DNA of 64,000 nucleotides from an uncultured Candidatus Binatia bacterium (GCA_965213675.1 OZ243916.1:864001-928000); one strand, 5' to 3'. Shown: positions 19,273 through 28,061, numbered from the stretch's first letter. Notes: generated by a model from the letters alone, not told the origin. Program-made: numbers and translations.

Positions 19273-19730
19273 TGCTGGCGGCCATCCAGCGGTTCTTCAC
19301 GAACCAGATCGACCCCGGACACCGCGATGTGCGCCAGTCGGACCAGCACCGGCTGCAGGTGGCCACCGGTGCCCTGCTCGTGGAGATGATGCGCACAGAT
19401 GTCGAGTGCACGGAGAACGAACGCGCCGTGGTCCTTGGCGCGCTTCAGGACAAGTTCGGTCTCAGCGAGCAGGAGACCCGCGATCTGATGGAACTCGCCG
19501 AGGCCGAAGCCGACGACGCCATCGACCACTACCAGTTCACCTCTCTTGTCAAGAGTGGTTTCTCCGGGGAACAGAAGCGGAAAGTCGTGGAGTATCTCTG
19601 GGCGGTGGCCTACGCCGATGCCAACGCGGACCCGCACGAAGAGTACCTGGTGCGCAAAATTGCCAATCTCATCGGCGTGTCACACAAGGAATTCATCGAA
19701 GCGAAACTCCGGGTGCGGCGCGGCGGCTGA
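19272..19730 (+). CDS. TerB family protein
   Basis: ALLVEMMR.D, QFTSL and LW.VAYAD..D.HEE..VRKIA motifs; TGATG coupling to the Nudix gene. Confidence 0.85.
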   Translation: MLAAIQRFFTNQIDPGHRDVRQSDQHRLQVATGALLVEMMRTDVECTENERAVVLGALQDKFGLSEQETRDLMELAEAEADDAIDHYQFTSLVKSGFSGEQKRKVVEYLWAVAYADANADPHEEYLVRKIANLIGVSHKEFIEAKLRVRRGG

Positions 19731-19778
19731 AACGGGGGGAAGCTCCAACGGCGCAGTGGTTCCCCTGGCTGGTCTGCT

Positions 19779-20120
19779 TCAGCTCAACTTCCCCAGCCTC
19801 AACGGCAAGCGCGTTCCCAGCCACAGGGACCGGTCGCGATGATCGCCGATGTGCTCCCCCGTGCTGGGGTGAATCAGGATGTCGAGGCCTTCGCGGTTGA
19901 GCATGAGCCACGGAACCACGTTGGCAAACTCGTCGGGGGCGAAGGCCACTTGGTACATGGCCTTGGGGTGGGGGCCCACCGGGACGTCGTGCCAGCGGCC
20001 GAGGACGACGTTGAAACGGCCACCGATCCCCTCGCGGACACGCCCCGCCACTTCCCGGGAATCACGGTCGTAATAGATGTGGGCGTGGTAGCCGGAGATT
20101 TCGCTGGCGTCTTGCGTCAT
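19779..20120 (-). CDS. DOPA 4,5-dioxygenase family protein
   Basis: YHAHIY, PVGPHP, WL.LNR.GL.IL.HP.TG and DH....WLG motifs. Confidence 0.9.
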   Translation of the reverse strand: MTQDASEISGYHAHIYYDRDSREVAGRVREGIGGRFNVVLGRWHDVPVGPHPKAMYQVAFAPDEFANVVPWLMLNREGLDILIHPSTGEHIGDHRDRSLWLGTRLPLRLGKLS

Positions 20121-20223
20121 GTCTCTGCCTCGATGGGGTCGGGAAGCCTGCATCGCAAAATCCGTGACCGGACGGTCGCCCCTGGCCTGCTCAAACCCGA
20201 CAGGCTCCTGGTACGCATTTCAC

Positions 20224-20260
20224 AAAGAAAAGCGGGCCCTCCTCCCGGGAAGAGCCCGCT
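20224..20260 (-). terminator. Intrinsic terminator
   Basis: 12-bp hairpin AGCGGGCUCUUC/GGAGGGCCCGCU followed by UUUCUUU. Confidence 0.8.
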
Positions 20261-20593
20261 ACCGGCGTTTATCCACGCCGGTGGATGCGTTTCTTTCTTG
20301 TTCGGCTCCCCGGTCGCGGGTTGCCGTTGAGGAACTTCCGGGATTGCTGTCCTGTGCTGCCGTTTCCCCTCACACGTTATACGCTACAGCCGTGTTGTCC
20401 AACACCTGAGTCGGGACGGTCAGCCGGTAGCCGTCTTCGGCAAGCCTCCCGGGGAACCCTGTCAGCCCGCCTGACGCGGGCGTTTCGTGTCGGGCGGATT
20501 GTTTGTAGTCATCTGACACCTCCTGGCAGTTTGATGACCAAGCCCGAAACCAGCGCGCGGGGTTTCGAACTCTTGCCCGTTCGCGAACGACAC
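20224..20593 (-). ncRNA. Candidate large structured RNA (~370 nt), family unassigned
   Basis: Own promoter and terminator, many local and long-range helices, no convincing long ORF. Confidence 0.6.
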
Positions 20594-20599
20594 AAGACA

Positions 20600-20628
20600 A
20601 TCCTAGGCCCGCATCGGCCCGCTGTCAA
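20600..20628 (-). promoter_or_regulatory. Near-consensus sigma70 promoter
   Basis: TTGACA-N17-TAGGAT with an upstream T-tract. Confidence 0.75.
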
Positions 20629-20694
20629 GAAAAAAAGACGCGCGTGAGGACGATCCCACGTTGATCGAGCATCGGCGTCCCGGGCCGGGGGGGT

Positions 20695-20786
20695 TCGTTC
20701 CAGTCCGCACGAGGCCTCGTTCCGTCGAAAGGACGCTGTCCGAACCTCCGGCTTCCGTGCGAACCGGTCGCGTGGGATAGTCCTGG
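20695..20786 (+). repeat. ~92-bp intergenic repeat, copy 2
   Basis: Homologous to 18363-18455. Confidence 0.85.
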
Positions 20787-20868
20787 ACGCGCGGTTCACG
20801 TTGTTGAAGGGCAACCGCGGAGTTGATACGGGAAAGAGATCAACGGCTCGGAACGGGAAAGGGACGTC

Positions 20869-22374
20869 ATGGCAAACGAATACGATGTGATCCTGGTGGG
20901 AGGGGGCTCCGCGGGTTGTGCGGCCGCGGCGCGTCTTTCGGAAGACCCCAACCGGAAGGTGTTGCTGCTGGAGGCCGGCCCCGACCCCCTGCCCATCCCC
21001 GAGTTGGTGGCCGAGGCCGCGGGCCGGGTGCGGCTCCTGCTGGAGACGCCCTACATCAACATGTACCCGACGGAGCGGAAGCTCGACGGCAGCACGTTCT
21101 ATTCCCTGGCCGGAAAGATCATGGGCGGCGGCTCGTCTGTCAACGTGATGTCGGTGATCCGCCCCATCAAGGCCGACATGGACGCGTGGGCCGCGGCCGG
21201 GAACCCGTCCTGGTCGTGGGCGGACGTCCTGCCCATCCTCAAGCGACTGGAGAACGATCAGGACAACTCCGACAGTCCCGAGCACGGCCACGGCGGGCCG
21301 CTGTTCTTCGAGCGGCACTATCTCTTCGGCCAGGAAGTCCCGCGCGCCGTGCAGGTCTTCATGGACGCGGCGCGAGAGCTGGGGTTGCCCCAAGGCGACG
21401 TGAACGACCCGAATCCCTGGGGCCTCTGCACATCGCCCTACAACATCAAGGAGGGCATGCGGCAGTCCACGACCGTCGCCTACCTGAACGCGGCCCGGGA
21501 GCGTGCCAATCTCACCGTCATCGCCGACGCCCCCGTGGTTTCGCTTGCCGTGTCCGGCCACCGTGTGACCGGTGTGAACTACGAGAAGGACGGCCAGCGG
21601 CACACGGCGGCCGGCACCGAGGTCGTGCTTGCCGCAGGGGCGTTCCACAGCCCCCACATCATGATGCTCTCGGGCATCGGGCCGGCGGCGGAGTTGGAAC
21701 GGCACGGCATCGAGGTGCTTCACGACCGTCCCGGGGTGGGCGAAAACTACCAGGACCACGCCATGTTGCACATGGGCTTCGAGGGACGCGGCGCCTTCGA
21801 CGTGGACTGGGTGGTGCCGCCCTTCCGGCTGATCACCAAGAGCGACCCGTCACGGGAAACCGGCGATTTCCATGTGTTCATGCGCCCGCCTACCGTGCTG
21901 GAGGGCGTGGGCCGGACGCTGAACATCTCCGCGGCGCTCCTGGAACAGCGCAACCGCGGCCGCGTCTTCCTCCAGAGCGCCGATCCCCACGAACTGCCGG
22001 GGGTGGATGCGCGCATGCTGGAGCACCCCGGAGACATCGCGGCGATGGTGGCTACCATGGAGTTCCTGGAGAAATTGAGCCAGACCGGCGACATGCCCGA
22101 GTACTACGGCCCGCCCATCCAGCCCAAACGCGGCGAGGACTGGGCGCGATTCGCACGCACCGCCTTCGACAGCTACCACCACGCCGCCGGCACCTGCCTC
22201 ATGGGTCCCGCGTCCAACGACATGACGGTGGTGGACGAGCAGCTACGGGTCCACGGAATCGACAATCTCAGGGTAGCGGATGCCTCCATTATGCCCACGG
22301 TGACCCACGCCAACACCAACGTCACCTGCATGATGATCGGCGAACGGGTGGCGGACTTCATCAAGGGGATTTAG
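20869..22374 (+). CDS. GMC family FAD oxidoreductase (choline dehydrogenase-like)
   Basis: GGGSAG, GK.MGGGSSVN, SGIG, VGENYQDH, H.AGTC.MG, RVADAS and NTN motifs. Confidence 0.94.
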   Translation: MANEYDVILVGGGSAGCAAAARLSEDPNRKVLLLEAGPDPLPIPELVAEAAGRVRLLLETPYINMYPTERKLDGSTFYSLAGKIMGGGSSVNVMSVIRPIKADMDAWAAAGNPSWSWADVLPILKRLENDQDNSDSPEHGHGGPLFFERHYLFGQEVPRAVQVFMDAARELGLPQGDVNDPNPWGLCTSPYNIKEGMRQSTTVAYLNAARERANLTVIADAPVVSLAVSGHRVTGVNYEKDGQRHTAAGTEVVLAAGAFHSPHIMMLSGIGPAAELERHGIEVLHDRPGVGENYQDHAMLHMGFEGRGAFDVDWVVPPFRLITKSDPSRETGDFHVFMRPPTVLEGVGRTLNISAALLEQRNRGRVFLQSADPHELPGVDARMLEHPGDIAAMVATMEFLEKLSQTGDMPEYYGPPIQPKRGEDWARFARTAFDSYHHAAGTCLMGPASNDMTVVDEQLRVHGIDNLRVADASIMPTVTHANTNVTCMMIGERVADFIKGI

Positions 22375-22547
22375 TGCCGTGTCCCGCAAGACTCCCGCGA
22401 CAAGTTGCGCAGGTCCTTGGTTGCCGCAAGACGCGGTGACCTGTAGGGGCGACCGGATAAGCCTACCCTCGCAGGCACGACCGAATATGCCGGCGCTCCG
22501 ACGGAAGGCCGTGGCCGCAGTGGAGCGCCTTGGGCGGGGACGCTCAT

Positions 22548-22805
22548 TCAGGCATGGAGCAACTCATCGAGCCGGCCACTGGCTTCCAGGGCCTGCAGGT
22601 CATCGAAGCCGCCGATGAGTTCGCCGTTGATGAAGATTTCCGGGACGGTCCAGCGGCCTTGGGAGCGCTCCAGCATCTCGTCGTATTTTTCCGGCTCCCG
22701 CTCCACGTCGAACTCGATGAACTCCTGGCCCTTCGCTTCCAGAAGGCGCTTGGCCATGCGGCAGAACGGGCACCAGCCCTTGCTGTAGATTTCGACGGTT
22801 GGCAT
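22548..22805 (-). CDS. grxC: Glutaredoxin 3
   Basis: CPFC, TVP and IGGFDDL motifs. Confidence 0.9.
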   Translation of the reverse strand: MPTVEIYSKGWCPFCRMAKRLLEAKGQEFIEFDVEREPEKYDEMLERSQGRWTVPEIFINGELIGGFDDLQALEASGRLDELLHA

Positions 22806-22866
22806 GAGGCGGCGGAGGGTTGCGCGCCGGCTCGCCCGTTCCAGGGCGTTCCGGCGCGGCTGCGGA

Positions 22867-23271
22867 TCAGTCCAGCTCGAATACCGGCAGCTTGATTTCG
22901 GGATCCTCGGTCTCCATGAACGTGACGGTGACGGGAGCGCCGAGCGTCACCTGGTCGCGCTTGTCGCCGACGACGCGGGTGATCATGCGCACGCCCTCCT
23001 CCAGCTCCACCTCGGCCACGTAGATGGGCACCTCGTCCATGAAGGCGCGGTTCCGCGGTACCCGGCAGAGGGAGAAGGTGTGCACCTTGCCCTTGCCGCT
23101 CACCGGCACCCACTCCAGGTCACCGCCGAGGCAGCCGGTGCAGGCGATGCGCGGGAAGAACTGCAGCTTGCCGCAGGCGACGCATTTCTGGAGCCGCAAC
23201 TCGCCTTGGGCGGCCCCCTCCCAAAACCCGCGGTCGATCGCATTTACGGCGGGAAGACTCTTGCCGGCCAT
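22867..23271 (-). CDS. DUF35 Zn-ribbon/OB-fold protein (ChsH2-like)
   Basis: FW, CVAC...CTGC, SGKG.V and ELEEG motifs; coupled to the thiolase gene. Confidence 0.9.
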   Translation of the reverse strand: MAGKSLPAVNAIDRGFWEGAAQGELRLQKCVACGKLQFFPRIACTGCLGGDLEWVPVSGKGKVHTFSLCRVPRNRAFMDEVPIYVAEVELEEGVRMITRVVGDKRDQVTLGAPVTVTFMETEDPEIKLPVFELD

Positions 23272-24422
23272 CAGGACCTCCTCTCCAGGATCATTGCCGC
23301 GGTGGTATTGAGATTGCGCGCGTAGGACAGCCAGCCGATGCCCGTGACCAGCGCCGTCTGGGCCGCCGAGACCTGCCGTTCGCCGGCTTCACCACGCAAC
23401 TGCCGCAACGCTTCCACCACGTGCAGCATGCCGCCGGCCAGCCCGGCCTGCCCTACCGAGATCTCGCCGCCGCCGGTATTCACGGGGAAATCGCCCTTGA
23501 AGGTCAGGTCGTGCTCGTCGACGAACGGGCCGCCCCGCCCTTTGGCGCAGTAGCCCAGATCCTCCAGTTGCATCATCACCGCGATGGGGTAGTCGTCATA
23601 GATCGCCAGAAGATCGATGTTGTCCCGGCTCATCTCCGAAAACAGGCGCTCGCCCACCACGCTCATGCCCGTGACGGTCTTGTCGGGCAGCATGTTCGAG
23701 GCCTGAAAGCCGATTTTCTCGGCGTCCGTCACCAGATATACCGGCTTGTCTGTAATCTGCCGGGCGCGCTCCTCGGAGGCCACCACCACGCACTCGCCGC
23801 CGGAACACGGCATCACGCAGTCGAACAACCGGATGGGATCGGAGATCAGGCGCGAGTTCAGATAGTCCTCGATGGTCATGGGCGTGCGCAGGAGCGCCTG
23901 GGGATTGGGGCCGGCGTTGAAGCGCTGGCTCACCGCAATCTTGCCGATCTGCTCCAGGGTGGTGCCGTACTCCTCCATGTGGCGGCGCTGCACCAGCGCG
24001 AACAGCGTGTTGGGTCCGCCGTAGCCGTACACGTCCACGTAGTTGGCGCGCTGGTACTCCAGCACCCGCTGATGGGACACGTTCTTGTCGAAGGCGTTGC
24101 CCGCAACGATGAAGGCCACGTCCAGGTAGCCCGCCTCGATGGCGTCCGCGGCGCGCCGGATGGCGCATACCGCGCCGGCGCCGCCGCAGTCGCCGTTGAG
24201 CACCCAGTCCAGTTCCAGGCCCAACTGCTCGGCCACGTAGGGCGAGTAGTCGGGGCTCGCCTGGGTCACCATGGAGAAGCCGTGGATCTCCTTCTTGGTG
24301 AGACCGGTCTGGGCCATGGCGTTCTGCATGGCCTCGGCATAGTACGACAGCAGCGGTCGGTCGGACTTGCGCGAGTATTCCGTCGAGCCGTAGCCGACGA
24401 GACATACCTTCCTTCTCAACAT
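23271..24422 (-). CDS. Thiolase-superfamily protein (SCP2/Ltp2-like)
   Basis: NP.A, SR.ISDP.RL.DC, YD.Y, LEDLG, NTGGG and EA.RQLRG motifs. Confidence 0.9.
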   Translation of the reverse strand: MLRRKVCLVGYGSTEYSRKSDRPLLSYYAEAMQNAMAQTGLTKKEIHGFSMVTQASPDYSPYVAEQLGLELDWVLNGDCGGAGAVCAIRRAADAIEAGYLDVAFIVAGNAFDKNVSHQRVLEYQRANYVDVYGYGGPNTLFALVQRRHMEEYGTTLEQIGKIAVSQRFNAGPNPQALLRTPMTIEDYLNSRLISDPIRLFDCVMPCSGGECVVVASEERARQITDKPVYLVTDAEKIGFQASNMLPDKTVTGMSVVGERLFSEMSRDNIDLLAIYDDYPIAVMMQLEDLGYCAKGRGGPFVDEHDLTFKGDFPVNTGGGEISVGQAGLAGGMLHVVEALRQLRGEAGERQVSAAQTALVTGIGWLSYARNLNTTAAMILERRS

Positions 24423-24469
24423 GGGGGTTCCCCTTTCACCTCGCACGACTCCGGCAAGAGGTCCGGAGC

Positions 24470-25216
24470 TCAGATCATGAAGTCTCCGCCGTTGACCACC
24501 AGGGTTTGTCCCGTGATGTAGCCAGCCGCCTCGCTGGCAAGAAAGGCCACGGTGTTGGCGATGTCTTCCGGTTCGGCGATGCGGCCCAGGGGTGTTTGCG
24601 TGGCTCGTTCCCGCAGGGACTCTTCGGAGCGGTGCTGGCGCGGCATGGCGGTGTTGGCGGTCCCTGGGGCCACCGCGTTCACGGTGATGGCGTGGGGCGC
24701 CAGTTCACGGGCCAGCCCGCGCACGAAACCCAGGGTCGCGGCCTTGGACGCGGCGTAGTGGGAATGCCCCGCAGCGCCCTTGTAGGCGATGGACGAAGCC
24801 GTGCAGATGATGCGGCCGCTGCCCTGCCGTTTCATGGCCGGAACGAAAGCCCGGGCGCACAGGAACTGACCGCCCACGTTCACGTCCAGCACCCGATCCC
24901 ACTCCTCCTCGGGCATTTCCACCACCATGGAGCGCGGATACACGCCAGCGTTGGCGGCCAGGACATCCACGCGCGCCCAGCGGTCCAGGGTGCTCTTCCG
25001 CAAGGCGGCCACGGAAGCCTCGTCGGCCACGTTCACCCGCGCCGCCAGCGCCGCACCGCCCGCCGCCACGACCTCGGCGGCCACCGCCTCGACGGTGTCG
25101 GGGTTCATATCGGCCACCACCACCTTCGCGCCAGCCCGTGCCAGCGCCAACGCAATGGCCCGTCCCAGGCCCTGTCCACCGCCCGTCACCACGGCGACCT
25201 TGTCCGCAAGCGTCAT
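24470..25216 (-). CDS. Short-chain dehydrogenase/reductase (FabG-like)
   Basis: TGGGQGLG, NAG, YAASK, VNAVAPG and DGG-like NGG motifs. Confidence 0.93.
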   Translation of the reverse strand: MTLADKVAVVTGGGQGLGRAIALALARAGAKVVVADMNPDTVEAVAAEVVAAGGAALAARVNVADEASVAALRKSTLDRWARVDVLAANAGVYPRSMVVEMPEEEWDRVLDVNVGGQFLCARAFVPAMKRQGSGRIICTASSIAYKGAAGHSHYAASKAATLGFVRGLARELAPHAITVNAVAPGTANTAMPRQHRSEESLRERATQTPLGRIAEPEDIANTVAFLASEAAGYITGQTLVVNGGDFMI

Positions 25217-25235
25217 GATCCGTTCCCCTCGCTGC

Positions 25236-25398
25236 TAGTGTGGTGTCTGGTTAATTCGCGTCATAATCTGCGGAGGATATTTTGTTGTCGGCAAGGCGCG
25301 ATGACGAGCAGTGGCGGGTACCACGTGAGGAAGAGCAACGCAGCCGACGACGAAAAAGACCCGCAAATTATGACGCGAATTAACCAGACACCACACTA
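25236..25398. mobile_element. 163-bp MITE-like palindromic element, copy 1
   Basis: Perfect 32-bp terminal inverted repeat TAGTGTGGTGTCTGGTTAATTCGCGTCATAAT, TA at both ends, second copy at 41928. Confidence 0.85.
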
Positions 25399-25404
25399 AC
25401 ACCG

Positions 25405-25433
25405 TGATTAGCCCGCCCCGGAAGGCTTGTCAA
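25405..25433 (-). promoter_or_regulatory. Possible sigma70 promoter for the SDR-thiolase-DUF35 genes
   Basis: TTGACA-N17-TAATCA (weak -10). Confidence 0.4.
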
Positions 25434-25737
25434 ACCAAGCGGAGGGCCGGCGCGACCCCGGCGGGACATGGCTCCTGGCCGAATGAGGGCCATTTTCGCC
25501 GGATGCCCACCGTTACCCTGCCAAGCTTGGCAACCGCGGCCCGATGGCCTATACCGGTTGCCCAAATGACCTCGTTCCCATCGAGGAACCACGAAGGGAA
25601 CCGAGCCGGAGAATGCGGCTCATCCGGCGCTTCCGCGGCCATCGAGAAGGCTTGGCCTGATGGCGCGGCGGCGCCACCGGCCAGACGACGGCGTTCACGC
25701 GGCGGCATACGCGAAACGAGATCCACGAGGTATTCCC

Positions 25738-26679
25738 ATGGCAGACGGCCACATCCCCTGCGGCATCGAGATCCCCCAAGTGTTCATCGGCGGACCCGTG
25801 GACACGGACCACATCAAGAAATTCGTGACCCGCGCCGAGGAGCTGGATTACGATAGCCTGTGGACCCAGGAACGCATTCTCAGCAACTTCTCCATGCTGG
25901 AGCCGGTCACGTTGATGACTTACGTGGCCGCGGTCACCTCCCGCCTGAAGATCGGCGCCTCGGTGCTGCTCACGGTGCTGCGCAATCCGTTGCAGCTTGC
26001 CAAGAGCCTCGCCAGCCTGGATCAGTTGAGCGGCGGACGGATCGTTCCCGGCATCGGCTTGGGAGGCATTCGCGGACGCATGTGGCCCGAGCCCGAAACC
26101 GTGTTCGGCTACCCTTCCGAGCACCGCGTCACCCGTTTCGTGGAAGGCATCAAGATCATGCAGGCGCTGTGGAGCCAGGAACGGGTCAGCTTCGAGGGAC
26201 GCTTCTGGAACTTCACCGACGTGGCCATGGAACCCAAGCCCCTGCAACGGCCCTTCCCGCTCTGGTTCGGCGGCCACGCCGAGCCGGCGCTGCGCCGCGC
26301 CGTCACCTTCGGCGCCGGCTGGATGGGCGCGGGCTCCTCCGGCACCGACCGCTTCATCAAGGAGCACGAGCGCATCGTGCGCCTGCTGGACGAAGCCAAA
26401 CGGGACCCGGCCACCTTCACCATCTCCAAGCGCGTCTACCTCGCGGTGGACGACGACCGCGACCGCGCTGAGCGGCGCCTGCGCGAGTTCTTTGCCGTGC
26501 GCTACCGCAACGCCGACATGGCGTCCCAGGTGTGCGTGTGGGGCGGACGCCAGGAGGTCATCGACAAGCTCAACCAAGTGGTGGGCCACGGCGCGCAGCA
26601 CCTGCTCCTCAACCCCGCCTTCGATGAGACGGAACACCTGGAGTTGCTCGCCGAGGACGTGGCGCCCCATCTCGGCTGA
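25738..26679 (+). CDS. LLM-class flavin-dependent oxidoreductase (luciferase-like)
   Basis: AEEL.YDSLW, T.RL.IG, NP..LAK..ASLD.LSGGR and PKPLQ.P motifs. Confidence 0.92.
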   Translation: MADGHIPCGIEIPQVFIGGPVDTDHIKKFVTRAEELDYDSLWTQERILSNFSMLEPVTLMTYVAAVTSRLKIGASVLLTVLRNPLQLAKSLASLDQLSGGRIVPGIGLGGIRGRMWPEPETVFGYPSEHRVTRFVEGIKIMQALWSQERVSFEGRFWNFTDVAMEPKPLQRPFPLWFGGHAEPALRRAVTFGAGWMGAGSSGTDRFIKEHERIVRLLDEAKRDPATFTISKRVYLAVDDDRDRAERRLREFFAVRYRNADMASQVCVWGGRQEVIDKLNQVVGHGAQHLLLNPAFDETEHLELLAEDVAPHLG

Positions 26680-26808
26680 CGGCGCATACCGTATCCCTGC
26701 TGCCGAAATCTCTTGCGCAGGAATTCAAGCCGCCGGCCAGGCGCGATGACGTGTCAGGGGGACCGGCAGTCGCCCCATGGGCAGGTCCCGCAAAGCAGGG
26801 ACACGACA

Positions 26809-28020
26809 CTACCTCTCCGGCAACTCATCCACACGCGCCAGCGGCCTTCCCCACACGGTCCACAAACCGAATGCCAAAGGCGCCGCTGCCAGACTCATGA
26901 ACACCGGGAAGAAGCCGACGGCGTCCAGGCCCGCGGTGACGACCATGGGCCCCAGAAACAGTCCCACGTCCCCCACGGCCCGGTGCAGCGCCATGGCCTG
27001 TCCGCGCATGGCTGACGGGAACAGCGACAGGATCCCCACCTGGCCCGCGAGATTCACCATGCCGGCCCCGGCGCCCAGCGCCGTGTGCACCACCAGGAGC
27101 GACCAGAAGTCCGTGGTCCATGGCACCAGCACAAAGCCGGCGGCCGAAATGAAGAAGCCAGCGGCCAGACACGCGTCGACACCCGAGCGATCAGTCCAGA
27201 GTCCGCCGAAGAACCGCCCGTTGACGTTGCCGAGCTGGCTGATGCCGCGCATTACGCCGTAGGAACTGAGCGACAGGCCCAGGGACTCGGTGGCGTAGAA
27301 CGCCAGCGCCAGGGCGCGCGCCGGCTGGTAGAACAGGGAGAAGAAACTCGCGGCGCACAGTAACCCCGCGCCGGGGGTACGCAGAATGTCGCGAATCACG
27401 CGCCCGTGCAGCGACTTTTGGCCTTCGGGTTTCCTCTCGCGCGGGTTGAGCCGAAGGAGAAGCAGCGGCAGCCACAAAACGGTCCCCGCCCCCAGAGCAA
27501 ACAGCATACGGTAGCCCAGATGTTCTGAGATGAATCCGCCGAGCGTAATGCCCACCATGGGGCCGGAGGCAAGAAAGAGGCTCAGGATTCCCAGGGCGCG
27601 ACCGCGCCGGCCCACCTGCGCTTCCTCGAACACGATCTGCCGCAGTGCGATCTGCACCCACGCCACGCCGGCGCCGATGAAGAAGAATGCCGTGGTGACC
27701 GGGTAGGCTCCGGGAAACAGTGCGCACGCCAGTAGCGCCAGGCCAGTGAAGGCGACTCCCAGCGCCAGCAGCATCTGCGGGCGAATCCCCCGCCCCGCCA
27801 CCACGATGGCCGCCGCATCGAAGGCGAACCGGCCAATGGCCCGGATCCCCAGGGGCAGGCCGCTGAGGAAGTACGAAGAACCCAGGCTCTTCATATGGAG
27901 CGGCACATAAGTCACCGCGGCGCTCATGGAACTGGAGACACAGGCGCCCGCCAGATAGTTGAGCCGCCTGGCCCAACGCTCACTGCTGCGGGGGTCCATG
28001 GTTTCCGGATGCGGGGGCAT
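26809..28020 (-). CDS. MFS transporter
   Basis: About 12 hydrophobic segments; RGRALG, G.WTDR.G and RGQAM motifs. Confidence 0.88.
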   Translation of the reverse strand: MPPHPETMDPRSSERWARRLNYLAGACVSSSMSAAVTYVPLHMKSLGSSYFLSGLPLGIRAIGRFAFDAAAIVVAGRGIRPQMLLALGVAFTGLALLACALFPGAYPVTTAFFFIGAGVAWVQIALRQIVFEEAQVGRRGRALGILSLFLASGPMVGITLGGFISEHLGYRMLFALGAGTVLWLPLLLLRLNPRERKPEGQKSLHGRVIRDILRTPGAGLLCAASFFSLFYQPARALALAFYATESLGLSLSSYGVMRGISQLGNVNGRFFGGLWTDRSGVDACLAAGFFISAAGFVLVPWTTDFWSLLVVHTALGAGAGMVNLAGQVGILSLFPSAMRGQAMALHRAVGDVGLFLGPMVVTAGLDAVGFFPVFMSLAAAPLAFGLWTVWGRPLARVDELPER

Positions 28021-28061
28021 GAATACCAAAGTCTCCGGAAAACGCCGACGCCGGCTCAGCG

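Noticed and set aside
20224-20593. Assignment as tmRNA, RNase P, 6S, SRP, a cobalamin or c-di-GMP riboswitch, or a group II intron
   Set aside because: No tRNA-like ends or tag, no GAGGAAAGUCC or ACAGAA..CGGCUUA, and no intact riboswitch core. The GAGCCG...GAAA stretch does not fold as domain V. Judged by eye only.
20370-20600. 76-aa ORF overlapping the candidate RNA
   Set aside because: Its TTG start lies at the -10 box, upstream of the predicted TSS, with no RBS and no recognisable domain.
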